From positions 1,984,001 to 2,048,000 of the forward strand of contig CAWDML010000001.1 in assembly GCA_963803435.1 (NCBI GenBank): a stretch of 64,000 bases of DNA, read 5' to 3'. Under the pieces are notes generated by a model, which was given only the letters and a program-made list of their open reading frames with translations, was not told the origin of the DNA and searched no databases. Shown here one piece after another: positions 1 to 12,558 of this stretch; the stretch's first letter is position 1; each line of letters opens with the position of its first letter. The stretch is from an uncultured delta proteobacterium. Lineage in GTDB: Bacteria > Myxococcota > Kuafuiibacteriia > Kuafuiibacteriales > Kuafuiibacteriaceae. A program made the translations under genes and the position numbers.

Positions 1-428
1 ATCCGCTGGCGCCGCCCGAGGTGTCGAGCGAGCACATCGACGTACCGACGCGGCCGATCCCGGAGGACGTGGAGTCGGCGCTGAAGCGGGCGGCGAGCAG
101 CGGCCGACGACTCACGCTGGCGTTCGGAATGCTGTTGATCGCGATCATCGTCGGCGCCCTGCTCGGCGTCGTCCTGTCGGACGGAGAGGTCGCCGACCAT
201 GAGGTCCAGTTGCGGACCGTCGAGATTCCTGCGGAGCCGATGGTGCCGCCGCCCCCGCCGCCCATCATCGTCCAGAAGCCGGAGGTCGACGCGCCGGTGG
301 TCGATACGCCGCAGGTCGACACGCTTCCGCCCGAGATTCCCGCCGAGTCGGACACCCCGCTCAGGAGGAAGAAGCCCAACAAGAAGACCGACAAGGACGA
401 CTTCGACGTTCTCTACGACAAGATATGA
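1..428 (+). CDS. 3' end of a membrane-anchored Pro-rich protein, probably the C-terminal tail of a Ser/Thr kinase (truncated by window edge)
   Basis: Frame open from window start; single TM (LAFGMLLIAIIVGALLGVVL), Pro-rich linker; ATGA overlap with the next gene. Confidence 0.5.
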   Translation, partial: PLAPPEVSSEHIDVPTRPIPEDVESALKRAASSGRRLTLAFGMLLIAIIVGALLGVVLSDGEVADHEVQLRTVEIPAEPMVPPPPPPIIVQKPEVDAPVVDTPQVDTLPPEIPAESDTPLRRKKPNKKTDKDDFDVLYDKI

Positions 429-1230
429 ATGTCCGAGGCACGATCTCGATCGCTCTGATCCTGGCGATCACTCTGCCAGCGCCGGCGCTGGCCGCGCCTC
501 CCCGCCGTGACAAGCGGAAAGCGGCGCAGCTCGCACGGCAGGCCAAGCGGCAGTATCAGCGGAGCGAGTTCATGGACGCCGCCCAGCTCTTCCTGAAGGC
601 GTACGAGCTCTCGCGGGTGCCGTCGCAGCTGAGAAACGCCGCCAAGTCCTACGAACGCGCCGACGCGCTCGATCAGGCGCTCAAGCAGTGGGAGCAGTAC
701 CGGGGCCTCAAGGCGATCAGCCGCGACGAGCGCCTGGAGGCCGAGGCCCACGTCGATTCTGATCCACGAGAAGAAGCGGAAGGCGCAGGTCGAAGCCTCG
801 GTCGAAGCCGCCCAGCACGCCGCCGAGCGCGCTCAGGTCGAGGCCGAGGCGGCCAAGCACGCCGCCCAGGCCTCACGGCTTGCACCGCCGCCTCCGCCCC
901 CGCCCCCGCCCGCGCTCGTCGTCGAGACCCCGCCGCCCGGCAAGGCCTCGCCCTCGTTCGGTTCCTGGATCTCTGATCGGCTCGGGTGCCGCCATCGGCA
1001 TCGCGAGCGCGATCGTCTGGTTCAGCGCGAAGTCGCAGCTCCACAGCCTCGACCGCCGCCTCGAGACGCGCGGCCTCGACGGCTTGATCTCCGGCACCAC
1101 CCTCCCCGACGCCGAGGACGACTTCGCCACGATCAACCGCAATCGCACAGTCTCGGGCGTGCTTCTCGGCACCTCGCTCGCCGCCCTCATCGCCGGCGGC
1201 GTGTGGCTGACGCTCGACTACGCGCTGTGA
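425..1230 (+). CDS. Secreted TPR-like protein with C-terminal membrane helices; two apparent frameshifts (~755, ~972)
   Basis: Signal peptide, TPR-like AAQLFLKAYEL..LRNAAKSYE; continues in a second frame (ILIHEKKRKAQVEA..PPPPPP) and a third (LIGSGAAIGIASAIVW..LAALIAGGVWL). Confidence 0.6.
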
Positions 1231-1261
1231 GCCCCGGCGTCATCGGCAACCGCAGTCAGCG

Positions 1262-2197
1262 TTAGTTCCACGCCAGACCGGCGCGGGTGGACCAATACGT
1301 CGCGGGCGCCTCGATCAGATCGGTGAGCTCGGCGACCTCGTCGAGGGCGAGCGCATTGAGATTGCTCCGCAGCTGTTCGACCGTGGAGGCGCCGGAGAGG
1401 ATGACGTCGGTGAACAATCGCTGGAGCGCGAACGCGAGGGCGACGGCGTCGGGCGTCGTGCCGAGGCGCTCGGTCTCCTCGAGCAACGGCGGTGGAAGCG
1501 GGGCGCGCGGCGTCAGGCGGCCGTTCGCGAGCGCCTCCTTGACGATCACGGTGAGGCCGGCGTCCTTCGCCGCTCGCAGCGCGGGCTCGACCTTGCGCTC
1601 GAGCAGGTTGTAGGTCGCCTGCACGGCGTCGAAGAGGACCTCGCCGTCGACGCGGATTCGGAGGCCTCGCTCGAGCGTCTCCTGCTGGTGGGGGCCGGTC
1701 GTGGTGAAGCCGATGGCCACGCCCTCGGCCTTGAGTCGGACCAGGGCGTCGAGGACGGCGGCATCGTCGAGGACGTTGCTCTCCAGCGTCGCCGAGTGGA
1801 TCTGGTACAGACCGAGGTGGGCGCCGAGCAGGCCGCGCGTCTCGAGGAGCTGCCGCTGGAAGTGCGCGAGCGAGTGATCTTTGATCTCGTGCTTGTCGGC
1901 ATCGACCTTCCAGCCCGCCGTGTACCGGTAACCCCATTTCGAGCCGACGGTGACCTCCCCGGGGCGGAAGCCGCGCCCCACCAGCCAGCTGGCGAGGAAC
2001 TGCTCGGCCTTCCCGTAGGAGCGGGCCGCGTCGAAGTAGCGGACGCCGCCGTCGTACGCCTCGTCCATCACCTGGTGCGCCCGCGCTTCCATCGCGCGCT
2101 CGTCGTAGTCGCCGCCGAGGTCGGCGGCATGGCCGAGATTGATGTACCCCGGTCGTCCCAGCGCAGCGAGGCCGAGGCCGAGACCGCGGAGCCTCAT
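1262..2197 (-). CDS. Aldo/keto reductase
   Basis: LGLGLAALG, GVRYFDAARSYG, SKWG, LYQIHS, QATYNLLE; true start MRLRG at 2197 overlapping the galE stop (ATGA). Confidence 0.9.
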   Translation of the reverse strand: MRLRGLGLGLAALGRPGYINLGHAADLGGDYDERAMEARAHQVMDEAYDGGVRYFDAARSYGKAEQFLASWLVGRGFRPGEVTVGSKWGYRYTAGWKVDADKHEIKDHSLAHFQRQLLETRGLLGAHLGLYQIHSATLESNVLDDAAVLDALVRLKAEGVAIGFTTTGPHQQETLERGLRIRVDGEVLFDAVQATYNLLERKVEPALRAAKDAGLTVIVKEALANGRLTPRAPLPPPLLEETERLGTTPDAVALAFALQRLFTDVILSGASTVEQLRSNLNALALDEVAELTDLIEAPATYWSTRAGLAWN

Positions 2198-3183
2198 CGC
2201 GCGGCCTCCATCGCCTGCTGCCAGCGCCAGGCGTCGGCGACGATCGTCTCGGCGTCGACGTGCTCCGGTCGCCAGCCGAGCGAACGCTCCGCCACCTCGA
2301 TGTCGCCGGCGATCAGCACGGCCGGATCGCCGGCGCGGCGTGGCTCGCGCTTCACCTCGATCGGACGGCCGGTGACGCGGCCGCACGCGTCCAGGATCTG
2401 CTTCACAGAGAGGCCGGCGCCAGTGCCGAGGTTGAACGCTCGGACCTGCCCCGGCAGCGGCGGGTGGTCGAGCGCCGCGACGTGGGCCCGGACGAGATCG
2501 AGGACGTGGACGTAGTCCCGGATGCAGGTGCCGTCGGGCGTGTCGTAGTCGTCGCCGAAGAGCGAGATCTCCCGCCCATGCCAGGCCGCCGCCAGCGCGT
2601 TCGGGATCAGATGCGTCTCCGGCTCGTGCCGCTCGCCGATGCCGCCGTCGGGGTGCGCGCCAGCGGCGTTGAAATAGCGGAAGCACGTCGCTCCGAACCC
2701 GGTGCCGGCAGCGGCGAAGTCCGAGAGGGCGCGCTCGATCACGGCCTTGGTGGCGCCGTATGGGTTGAGCGGCGCGAGGGGAGCGTCGAGCGGAATCGGC
2801 ACCCGAGCGGGTTCGCCGTAAACGGCCGCGGTCGAGGAGAGCACCAGGCTCTCGACGTCGAAGTCGCGACAGGCGGCCAGCAGACGGAGGCTCCCGGTCA
2901 CGTTGTTGTCGTAGTACTCGAGGGGCATGCGCACCGAGTGTCCGACCAGGTTCATCGCCGCAAAGTGCATCACGACCGTCGGACGGTGCCGGATGAAGAC
3001 ACGGGCGAGCGCGTCGGGATCGCGGACGTCGCCCTCTTCGAACGGACCCCACTTCACGAACTCGCGCCAGCCGGTGCTGAGGTTGTCGAACGTGATCGCG
3101 CGGTGTCCGGCCTCTGCGAGCATTCGGCAGCAGTGGCTCCCCAGGTAGCCGGCGCCGCCCACCACGAGGACAGAGGTGCTCAC
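2194..3183 (-). CDS. galE: UDP-glucose 4-epimerase
   Basis: GGAGYLGSH, SSTAAVYG, YGATK, RYFNAAGA, DGTCIRDYVHV, RRAGDP. Confidence 0.92.
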   Translation of the reverse strand: MSTSVLVVGGAGYLGSHCCRMLAEAGHRAITFDNLSTGWREFVKWGPFEEGDVRDPDALARVFIRHRPTVVMHFAAMNLVGHSVRMPLEYYDNNVTGSLRLLAACRDFDVESLVLSSTAAVYGEPARVPIPLDAPLAPLNPYGATKAVIERALSDFAAAGTGFGATCFRYFNAAGAHPDGGIGERHEPETHLIPNALAAAWHGREISLFGDDYDTPDGTCIRDYVHVLDLVRAHVAALDHPPLPGQVRAFNLGTGAGLSVKQILDACGRVTGRPIEVKREPRRAGDPAVLIAGDIEVAERSLGWRPEHVDAETIVADAWRWQQAMEAAR

Positions 3184-3926
3184 GCGACCACCTCGATCTC
3201 GCCCGGGTGGGCCTTCAACCGCCGGAGGAAGCCGCGCACGCCGACGTACGCGTCGAAGCGCCGGTGCCCGATCCACCGGTGCACCCGCTCGTTCCTGAGG
3301 TAGTAGGCGTCGAGCCGCGGGACCTGGAGGCGGTCATCCATCTCCTCCAGCGTACCCATCCGCGTGGTGACCGCGTAGCTGAAATGCCTGCGGGTGAAGT
3401 CGAGGACCCGCCGGTCGAACCAACCGTACGGATACGCGAACACTTCGGGGGCCCGTCCGACCCGCTGCGCAATCTCGAACTTCGATCCGGCGAGCTCCTC
3501 GTCCAGGGCCCGGTCATCGAGACGGCGCAGGTCCGGGTGCCGGACGCCGTGGCTCTCGATCGACCACCCCTCGGCCGCCAGGCGCCGCACCGCTTCCCAC
3601 CTCATGATCGGAACCGACGGCACGCTCGGATCCTGTCCCGGCCAGGCGTTGTCCTTCCCGGGGAATTGCGTCGGCACGAACAAAGTCGCCGGCACGCCGA
3701 GCGTTCGCAGCAGTGGGGCCGCGACGGTGGCCACGCTCTCGAAGGCGTCGTCGAAGGTGAGCGCGAGCGCGTCGCCCTCGACCTTGCCGCGCAGGAGATC
3801 GAGCAGAGGGACCAGCTCGTGGCCGGCGTCGCGGGCGGCCCGCACCAGCGAGCGAAGCTGATCCGCGCTCACCGACACCACGGAGCCGGAATCGTCGATC
3901 CCGTGGAGCATCACCACCGCACGCAT
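3180..3926 (-). CDS. Polysaccharide deacetylase (CE4)
   Basis: LTFDDA, SHGVRH, FAYPYG motifs. Confidence 0.88.
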   Translation of the reverse strand: MRAVVMLHGIDDSGSVVSVSADQLRSLVRAARDAGHELVPLLDLLRGKVEGDALALTFDDAFESVATVAAPLLRTLGVPATLFVPTQFPGKDNAWPGQDPSVPSVPIMRWEAVRRLAAEGWSIESHGVRHPDLRRLDDRALDEELAGSKFEIAQRVGRAPEVFAYPYGWFDRRVLDFTRRHFSYAVTTRMGTLEEMDDRLQVPRLDAYYLRNERVHRWIGHRRFDAYVGVRGFLRRLKAHPGEIEVVA

Positions 3927-3972
3927 CCCGCAACTCCGCTTGCGGAGGATGGCACGAGCTGGACGAAAAGGG

Positions 3973-5097
3973 CTACACCGAACGGAGGAACGACGCCTCG
4001 GCCAGCTCGGCCGCCCGCGACCAGGTGAACGAGGCGGCCCGCACCAGGGCCCTCTTTCGCAGCTCGGCCTGCATCGCCTCGTCCTCGAGCAGCCGGAGGA
4101 TCGCACGCGCGATGTCGTCTGCGGAGAGCGGATCGAAGAGCAGACCGGCGTCGCCGATCACCTCGGGGAGGCTGCCGCGGCGCGACGCGATCACCGGGAC
4201 ACCGCAGGCCATCGCCTCGACCGCGGGCAGCCCGAAGCCCTCGAGCAGCGAGGGCAGCACGAGCGCGGTGGCCGAGGCCAACAGCTCGACCAGCGACTCG
4301 TCCGGGAGATATCCGGTCAACCGCACGCTGCGCTTCAGCACCGGATCGCGCTCGATTTCGAAGAGGAGCTCATCGACGTTGTCGTGGAAGCCGCGGCGGC
4401 TGGTGTCGCCGACGATCGCGAGCTCGACGTCGGGGCGGCGCGCCACCACCGCGGGCCACGCGCGCAGCAGCCCGATCAGGTTCTTGTGGGGGTTGAGGCC
4501 GCCGAGGTAGACGAGCAGCGGATGGGTGCGCGGTCGCTCGCGCGGGCGGAAGATCGGATCGGCCGCCTCGGTGACCACGTCGATCCGAGCCCTCGGGATC
4601 CCGAGCATCATCGAGAGGTCCCACGCCGAGGCCTCCGACACGGTCATCACGCGCGTCGCCTGGAGCTTGGCCAGCCGCGACTTGAGGTTCCAGAAGATGG
4701 CGTTCCTCTTCGACGGGAACGTGAGCTCGGGGTGGCGCTCGGCGATCGTGTCGTGGAAACAGACGACGCAGGGCGTCCGGGACAGCAGCGGGAAGTACGA
4801 GTAGACCGCCGGGAAGAAGAACAGGTCGAACCGCGCCTGCTTCACGGCGCGGGAGAGGCGCAGCATGTCGCCGAGCGAACGGTTGCCCTCGCCCACCGCG
4901 GCCTCCGTAACGGTGCGTCCGGTCGGCCGTGCGATCACCTCCACCGGGAACTCGCGATCGACGGGCCGGTCGATCACCAGCGTATAGCTGAGCTCACGAG
5001 AGCCGCGCGCCGCCAACGCCGTCACCAGCTCCCGCGTGAAGCGGCCGAAGCCACGGTCGTTGTACCAGGTCGTTGCGTCGATGCCGACGCGGATCAT
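3973..5097 (-). CDS. Glycosyltransferase family 4
   Basis: HKN, PSLLEGFGLPAVEAMACG. Confidence 0.92.
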   Translation of the reverse strand: MIRVGIDATTWYNDRGFGRFTRELVTALAARGSRELSYTLVIDRPVDREFPVEVIARPTGRTVTEAAVGEGNRSLGDMLRLSRAVKQARFDLFFFPAVYSYFPLLSRTPCVVCFHDTIAERHPELTFPSKRNAIFWNLKSRLAKLQATRVMTVSEASAWDLSMMLGIPRARIDVVTEAADPIFRPRERPRTHPLLVYLGGLNPHKNLIGLLRAWPAVVARRPDVELAIVGDTSRRGFHDNVDELLFEIERDPVLKRSVRLTGYLPDESLVELLASATALVLPSLLEGFGLPAVEAMACGVPVIASRRGSLPEVIGDAGLLFDPLSADDIARAILRLLEDEAMQAELRKRALVRAASFTWSRAAELAEASFLRSV

Positions 5098-5112
5098 CGA
5101 TGCGCGCTCAAA

Positions 5113-5447
5113 TCAGCCCGGCCCATGACGCTTGGCCGCGATCAGGTTGTAGACCATGGCGACGCCCCAGCCGATCAGCCCGCCGGTGAGCGCGCCGTAG
5201 AAGAAGCCGAGGAGCGATCCACCCCAGGTGACCTGATAGAACGGGAAGTAGTGGTTGAGCAGCCGGAGCGTGCCGCCGACCGGCTGTCCTGGAGACGGGC
5301 CACGGATGACCAACCAGATGGTGGCGAGGAAGAGGCCGAAGCCTCCCGTCAGGCCGAACACCACCGCCATGATCGACGCCCTGAGGCGCGCGATCGCGGT
5401 ATCGATGGCCTTCCACTCCTCACGGCGGTTCTGCTCTGGTACGGCGT

Positions 5448-5451
<4 letters not shown>
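5113..5451 (-). CDS. Small two-TM membrane protein, paralogous to the C-terminal domain of the upstream oxidoreductase
   Basis: [35 protein letters not shown]; ATGA-coupled at 5448-5451. Confidence 0.75.
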
Positions 5452-7311
<1,860 letters not shown>

Positions 7312-7312
7312 G

Positions 7313-8317
7313 TCAGCGCGGATCGAGGCGCGCGCGCTGATCCTCGACGACGTCGCGAATGATCTCGTCGAGCAGGCGCCTCGGGCGGAACCCGATGGTG
7401 CGCTCGAGCTTCGAGACGTCCGGCACCCGGCGCATCATGTCTTCGAAGCCCTGCGCATAGGCCTGGTCATACGGGACGAGCACGATCTCCGAACCACTTC
7501 CTGCGGAGGCCCTTACCCTCTCGGCCAGCGTCTTGATCGTGACCTCTTCGTCCGATCCCACGTTGAACACACCGCCCACCACGCGCGTCGGACCGCCGCT
7601 CTCCAGCTCGCGACGGCCGGCCTCGATCAGACGGACCACGGCCTCGACCGTGTCCTTGACGTGGGCAAAGCAGCGGGACTGCGAGCCGTCACCGAAGACG
7701 GTGATCGGCTCGTTCGACACCGCCTGCCGGGCGAAGTTCGGGAGCACCATCCCGTAGCGGCCCGTCTGCGCCGGGCCCACCGTGTTGAAGAACCGGGTGA
7801 TGATGACCGGAACGCGCTTCTCGCGCCAGTAGGCCAGCCCGAGCCACTCGTCGAGGGCCTTGGAGCAGGCATAGGCCCAGCGCGAGTGCGTGGTGGAGCC
7901 GAGCACGAGATCGTCGTCCTCGGCGAACGGGATCTTCGTGCTGTTTCCGTAGACCTCCGAGGTGGAGGCGAGCAGCACCAGCTTCTGCTTCTTGGCAGCC
8001 GCCGCCAACACCGTCTCGGTGCCACGCACGTTCGTCTCGATGGTGTGGATCGGACGCTCCACGATGAGACGGACACCGACCGCTGCGGCGAGATGCACCG
8101 TGACATCCGTGAGGTCGACCAGCTCGCTCACCAGGGGCAAGTCGGTGGCGCTGCCGACACGGTGCTCGAAGCCATCGCGGTCGCGGAGATGGGCGATGTT
8201 CCGCATCGAGCCGGTGGAGAGATCGTCGAGCACGATGACCTCGTCACCGCGATCCAGCAGCTTCGTGGCGAGGTGCGAGCCGATGAATCCGGCGCCGCCC
8301 GTGATGAAGACTTTCAT
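7313..8317 (-). CDS. NAD-dependent nucleotide-sugar epimerase/dehydratase
   Basis: [31 protein letters not shown]. Confidence 0.9.
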   Translation of the reverse strand: MKVFITGGAGFIGSHLATKLLDRGDEVIVLDDLSTGSMRNIAHLRDRDGFEHRVGSATDLPLVSELVDLTDVTVHLAAAVGVRLIVERPIHTIETNVRGTETVLAAAAKKQKLVLLASTSEVYGNSTKIPFAEDDDLVLGSTTHSRWAYACSKALDEWLGLAYWREKRVPVIITRFFNTVGPAQTGRYGMVLPNFARQAVSNEPITVFGDGSQSRCFAHVKDTVEAVVRLIEAGRRELESGGPTRVVGGVFNVGSDEEVTIKTLAERVRASAGSGSEIVLVPYDQAYAQGFEDMMRRVPDVSKLERTIGFRPRRLLDEIIRDVVEDQRARLDPR

Positions 8318-9555
8318 CTTGAGACCCGACCCTTTCGCTCCCGTGTCCGCTCGACCACCTCGAGGTACCTCGGAATCACCGCGCTTTCCACCCACCTCTC
8401 CTTGAAGGCGCGATTTCCGGCCTGGGCGAGGCGTTCCCGGTGGCCGAGGTCCTCCGCGAGCCGGCGCATGGCCGCGAGGAGCTCGTCCGGCGAGGAGAAG
8501 AGCTCCCCTCCGCCGGATCGTTCCACGATCTCGGGGAAGGGCCCCAGCCGCCGGGCGATCACCGGCGTGCGGTTCCTGAACGACTCGATCAAGATGATCC
8601 CGAACGTCTCGAAGCACACCGACGGCACGATCAGCGCGATCGCGCCCTCGTAGTAACGGGCCAGCGCGTCACTGTCCACGCGGCCGAGGAACTTCACGCG
8701 GTCGATCCCCCGCGCCAGCGTCTCCAGCGCCGGGCGATGATCGCCATCGCCCGCGATCAGGAGATCGGCGCCGGAGTAGTCGCGGAACAACGGGATCACG
8801 TCGTCGAGCCCTTTGATCTTCTCCAGGCGCCCGACGAACAGGAAGTAGGGGCGCGCGTGCGGCGACTTCGTGGGGCGCAGCGTCTCGGTCAGCGGCTCGG
8901 GATCAGGGAGGAAGTAGGGGACGACCTCCATGTGGTGCGGGAAGCCGAGCTCGTAGTGCTTGTCTCGACTGAACTCACTCATCGCGATGAACGTGTCCAC
9001 TTGGGCCAGCTGCCGCTCGAAGGATCCGTCGTATCGGTACAGCTGCGGCGGCCTCCGATAGGTGAGCGCACAGCGCACGCAATCCTTCTCGTCGCAGCGC
9101 TCCCGACGATAGCGCCACAACACGTGCATCGGGCAGACGAGCCAGTGCTCGTGCGCCATGTAGAGACGGACCGCGGACGCTCCGTAGCCGAGCAGCCCAG
9201 GCCCTCCGACCAAGGAAACGTTGTGGAAGTTGACCACGTCGAATCGGCCCTCTTCCAGGATCCGCCGGATCCGAGCACCATGGACCACCGGACGGCCTGT
9301 TTGCTGAGTGAGGAGATTCGAGAGGACGCCGAGCCGGCTCCGCAGGCCGACGCGCACGAGACCCTCCGGCTCCGGGGCCGCCGGCGGTGGCGGGCCCTTG
9401 CTCAGGCTCGCGTACGCATCCTCGTCATGGACGACGGTGACGTGGTGACCTCGCCGGACCAGACCTCGCGCGAAACGTTGGATTCCGATACCGTCTCCGC
9501 CGAAGTTGTGGGGCGGATAGAAGGTGGTCAGGAAGCAGAAGCGCAGCGCTTCCAT
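8314..9555 (-). CDS. Glycosyltransferase family 4
   Basis: FVGRLEKIKG, PSVCFETFGIILIES; CxxxxCxxC insert. Confidence 0.9.
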   Translation of the reverse strand: MEALRFCFLTTFYPPHNFGGDGIGIQRFARGLVRRGHHVTVVHDEDAYASLSKGPPPPAAPEPEGLVRVGLRSRLGVLSNLLTQQTGRPVVHGARIRRILEEGRFDVVNFHNVSLVGGPGLLGYGASAVRLYMAHEHWLVCPMHVLWRYRRERCDEKDCVRCALTYRRPPQLYRYDGSFERQLAQVDTFIAMSEFSRDKHYELGFPHHMEVVPYFLPDPEPLTETLRPTKSPHARPYFLFVGRLEKIKGLDDVIPLFRDYSGADLLIAGDGDHRPALETLARGIDRVKFLGRVDSDALARYYEGAIALIVPSVCFETFGIILIESFRNRTPVIARRLGPFPEIVERSGGGELFSSPDELLAAMRRLAEDLGHRERLAQAGNRAFKERWVESAVIPRYLEVVERTRERKGRVSR

Positions 9556-9597
9556 TCAGTCTCCTCCATCGCCGTTCCCAGGGCTGAGGGCAAGCGT

Positions 9598-10989
9598 TTG
9601 CAGGTGATCATCCTCGGAGGCGGGCCCGGCGGCGTGGGCGGCGCCTATCAGCTGGCGAGGACCGGGCGGGCGGACGTCACGCTGATCGAGCGGGGTACGC
9701 ACGTCGGTGGCAACGCGGGCAGCTTCCGCGAGGGCGACCAATGGCTGGACTACGGGAGCCACCGCCTGCACTCGGCCAGCGACCCAGAGGTGCTCGGCGA
9801 CATCAAGTCGCTCCTCGGCGACGACCTGGCCGATCGGCCGCGCAACGGACGCATCCGCCTGCGTGGCCGATGGATCAGGTTCCCGCTGAGTGCGAGCGAT
9901 CTGATGCTTCGTCTCGACAAGCGGTTCGCGATCGGCGCCACCGCCGACATGGTGCGCCGCGTGCTCCCCCAGAACGGCGCCGGTGAGGAGACCTTCGCGT
10001 CGGTCCTCACCGGGAGCCTGGGCCCCACGATCTGCGAGCACTTCTACTTCCCCTACGCGCGCAAGATCTGGGGCGTGAGCCCGGACCGCCTCTCGGCGAT
10101 CCAGGCCCGCCGCCGCGTCTCGGCCGGGTCGTTCCAGAAGCTGCTCAAGAAGGTGGTGAAGCCGCCGGGCTCGGGACGCTTCTACTATCCGCGCCAGGGC
10201 TTCGGTCAGATCAGCCGCGCCTACGCCGACGCCGCGCGACAGGCGGGCGCGCGGATCGAGCTGGGCACGCGGGCGACGCGGCTGATCCGGCGGGGCGTGC
10301 GCTGGGAGGTGGTCGTCGAGCGGGACGGTGTCGAGTCGCGGCTCGAGGCGGATCAGGTCTGGTCGACGATCCCGCTCACGCTGGCCGCCCAGATGATGGA
10401 GCCCGGACCGCCCGCGGAGGTCCTCGAGGCCGCCCGGTCGATCGCGTACCGGGCGATGCTGCTGGTCTATCTCGAGCTCGACGTCGATCGCTTCACGGAG
10501 ACGGACGCCCACTACTTCCCCGAGGAGAACGTCGCGATGACGCGCCTCTCCGAGCCCAAGAACTACTTCGGCTCCGAGGCGCCCGCCGGCCGCACCACGC
10601 TCTGCGCCGAGATCCCGTGCGATCCGTCCGAGCCGCTGTGGTCGATGACCGACGAGCAGCTCGGGCGTCACGTCGCCGACGACATCGCCCGCGCCGGCCT
10701 CACGCTGGCGCGGCCACCGGTGCGCGCGTTCTCGCGCCGCCTGGCGCAGGCGTACCCGATCTATCTCACGGGCTACGAGACGCCCTTCCAACGGCTCGAC
10801 CGATGGCTGGCCGGCGTCGACGGCTTCCTCAGCTACGGCCGCCAGGGTCTGTTCGCCCACGACAACACCCATCACGCTCTCTTCATGGCCTACTCCGCCG
10901 TCTCGTGTCTCGACGAGCGCGGCCGCTTCGACCGGGATCGTTGGAGAGATTACCGGAAGATCTTCGAGACGCACGTGGTGGAGGACTGA
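9598..10989 (+). CDS. Second FAD-dependent oxidoreductase (PPO/UGM-like); start codon uncertain
   Basis: ILGGGPGG, DYGSHRLH, FYYPRQGFGQ, AYPIY, GRQGLFAHDNTHH. Confidence 0.85.
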   Translation: MQVIILGGGPGGVGGAYQLARTGRADVTLIERGTHVGGNAGSFREGDQWLDYGSHRLHSASDPEVLGDIKSLLGDDLADRPRNGRIRLRGRWIRFPLSASDLMLRLDKRFAIGATADMVRRVLPQNGAGEETFASVLTGSLGPTICEHFYFPYARKIWGVSPDRLSAIQARRRVSAGSFQKLLKKVVKPPGSGRFYYPRQGFGQISRAYADAARQAGARIELGTRATRLIRRGVRWEVVVERDGVESRLEADQVWSTIPLTLAAQMMEPGPPAEVLEAARSIAYRAMLLVYLELDVDRFTETDAHYFPEENVAMTRLSEPKNYFGSEAPAGRTTLCAEIPCDPSEPLWSMTDEQLGRHVADDIARAGLTLARPPVRAFSRRLAQAYPIYLTGYETPFQRLDRWLAGVDGFLSYGRQGLFAHDNTHHALFMAYSAVSCLDERGRFDRDRWRDYRKIFETHVVED

Positions 10990-10992
10990 GCG

Positions 10993-12558
10993 GTGTTTGC
11001 GTGGCTCCGCCAGTCCGACACCACCGAGCCCACCCGGGCCGAGCCCTCGTACACCACGGCGCTCGCGTCCGTTCGGCACTCGCTGCACCTGCGAACCAGC
11101 GTGCGCCTCTTCTTCACCGTCTGGCTGGTGTACTGCGTTCACCTCTCCACGAACGTGGCGCGGGAGACGTATCTGGCGACCAGCCTGGGTGACCACCTCT
11201 CGGTCCGCGTCGACGCGTACCTGGGGCTCCATCCGGATCTGTTCGAGATCCCGGGCCGGGGCGGATACATCAACAACAACCCGGGCGCTTCGATGCTGGG
11301 CGCCATCCCGTATGCGCTCGCGCGCCCGGCCATCGCCCTGCTCTTCACGTTGAAGCCCGAGCTCGGCAAGCCGAAGCCGCCAGCCCGCTACGACGATCCG
11401 CGACCGAACCGAACGGCGTTCATGAACGAGGCGCGGCGGCGCGGCGTCGACGTCAAGCTCGGGCTGGCCGCCATCGCCACCCAGGTGGGTCTGATGGCGC
11501 CGCTGGGAGCGCTGGCGGCCGTGCTGGTGTTCCTGTTCCTTCGGGGGCGTCTCGACGATCCGAAGCGGGCGCTGGCCTACGCGTTGCTGTTCGCGTTCGG
11601 TACGCCCTTCTTCTTCCGCGCCGCGTTCCTGAACCAGAACGCGATCGTCGCGCACTGCGTCCTCTGGGCCTACGTCGCGATCACCGGGCTGGAGCCGCGG
11701 CGGGGGCCGCTGCCGCTGCAGGCCGTGACCATCGCCGGTGCATGCCTCGGCTTCGCGATCCTCACCGACTACAGCGGCGCTCCGCTCGCGTTCGCGTTCG
11801 GCGTCTGGGTAATGGCCGAGGGATGGGCGGACGCACGACAGCCGGGCGCGCTGAGGAACGGCGCGCGCTTCCTGCTCGGCGCCGCGGGACCGGTCGCGAT
11901 CCTGTTCGCCTATCAGTGGGTCGCGTTCGGTCACCCGCTCCTGCCCGCGCAGCGCTACATGCCAGCCACGCCGTACTCGGTGAAGGGCTGGTTCGGCATG
12001 ACGCCGCCGACCCCCTATCTCTTGTTTGGGAACCTTTTCGGCCTCGAGTTCGGCCTCTTTGGCTTCTGCCCCATGCTGGTGGCCGCCCTCGCCTATCCGC
12101 TGGTCCGGCGGCGCACCGACCTCCCCGGCGTGCGCACCGAGTGGTTCGTGCTGGGCGCCGGCCTGCTGCTGTACCTGTTCAGCAGCTCGAACCAGTACGC
12201 GAACCTCCAGTGGAACACCGGCGTCCGCTACATGGTCCCGCTGGTGCCGCTCCTGTTCTTCATGGCCGTGCCGGTGCTCGAACGCCTGCCCCGGCTGTGG
12301 TTCTGGATGCTGGTGCTACCGACCTGCACGATCTCCTGGTGCGTCTCGATGACGCGCGAGAACGTGGTCGCGGCGCTGACGCAGGTGTTCCTGACGGGGC
12401 TCAAGCTCCCGATCCTCACCGTGCTCCGGAAGATGGCGAGCGGCTACCTGCCGCTGCTCGCGGAGCGCGCGCCTTCGCCCATTCCGATCTTTCTGTTGAT
12501 GGGCGCGATCCTCTGGCTGGTCTGGCGGGACAGCGAGATCAGAAGCAGCGGCCGCTGA
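10993..12558 (+). CDS. Multi-pass membrane protein, GT-C-like
   Basis: Many TM helices, periplasmic loop after TM1, WNTGVRYMVP; glycan-locus context. Confidence 0.6.
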   Translation: MFAWLRQSDTTEPTRAEPSYTTALASVRHSLHLRTSVRLFFTVWLVYCVHLSTNVARETYLATSLGDHLSVRVDAYLGLHPDLFEIPGRGGYINNNPGASMLGAIPYALARPAIALLFTLKPELGKPKPPARYDDPRPNRTAFMNEARRRGVDVKLGLAAIATQVGLMAPLGALAAVLVFLFLRGRLDDPKRALAYALLFAFGTPFFFRAAFLNQNAIVAHCVLWAYVAITGLEPRRGPLPLQAVTIAGACLGFAILTDYSGAPLAFAFGVWVMAEGWADARQPGALRNGARFLLGAAGPVAILFAYQWVAFGHPLLPAQRYMPATPYSVKGWFGMTPPTPYLLFGNLFGLEFGLFGFCPMLVAALAYPLVRRRTDLPGVRTEWFVLGAGLLLYLFSSSNQYANLQWNTGVRYMVPLVPLLFFMAVPVLERLPRLWFWMLVLPTCTISWCVSMTRENVVAALTQVFLTGLKLPILTVLRKMASGYLPLLAERAPSPIPIFLLMGAILWLVWRDSEIRSSGR

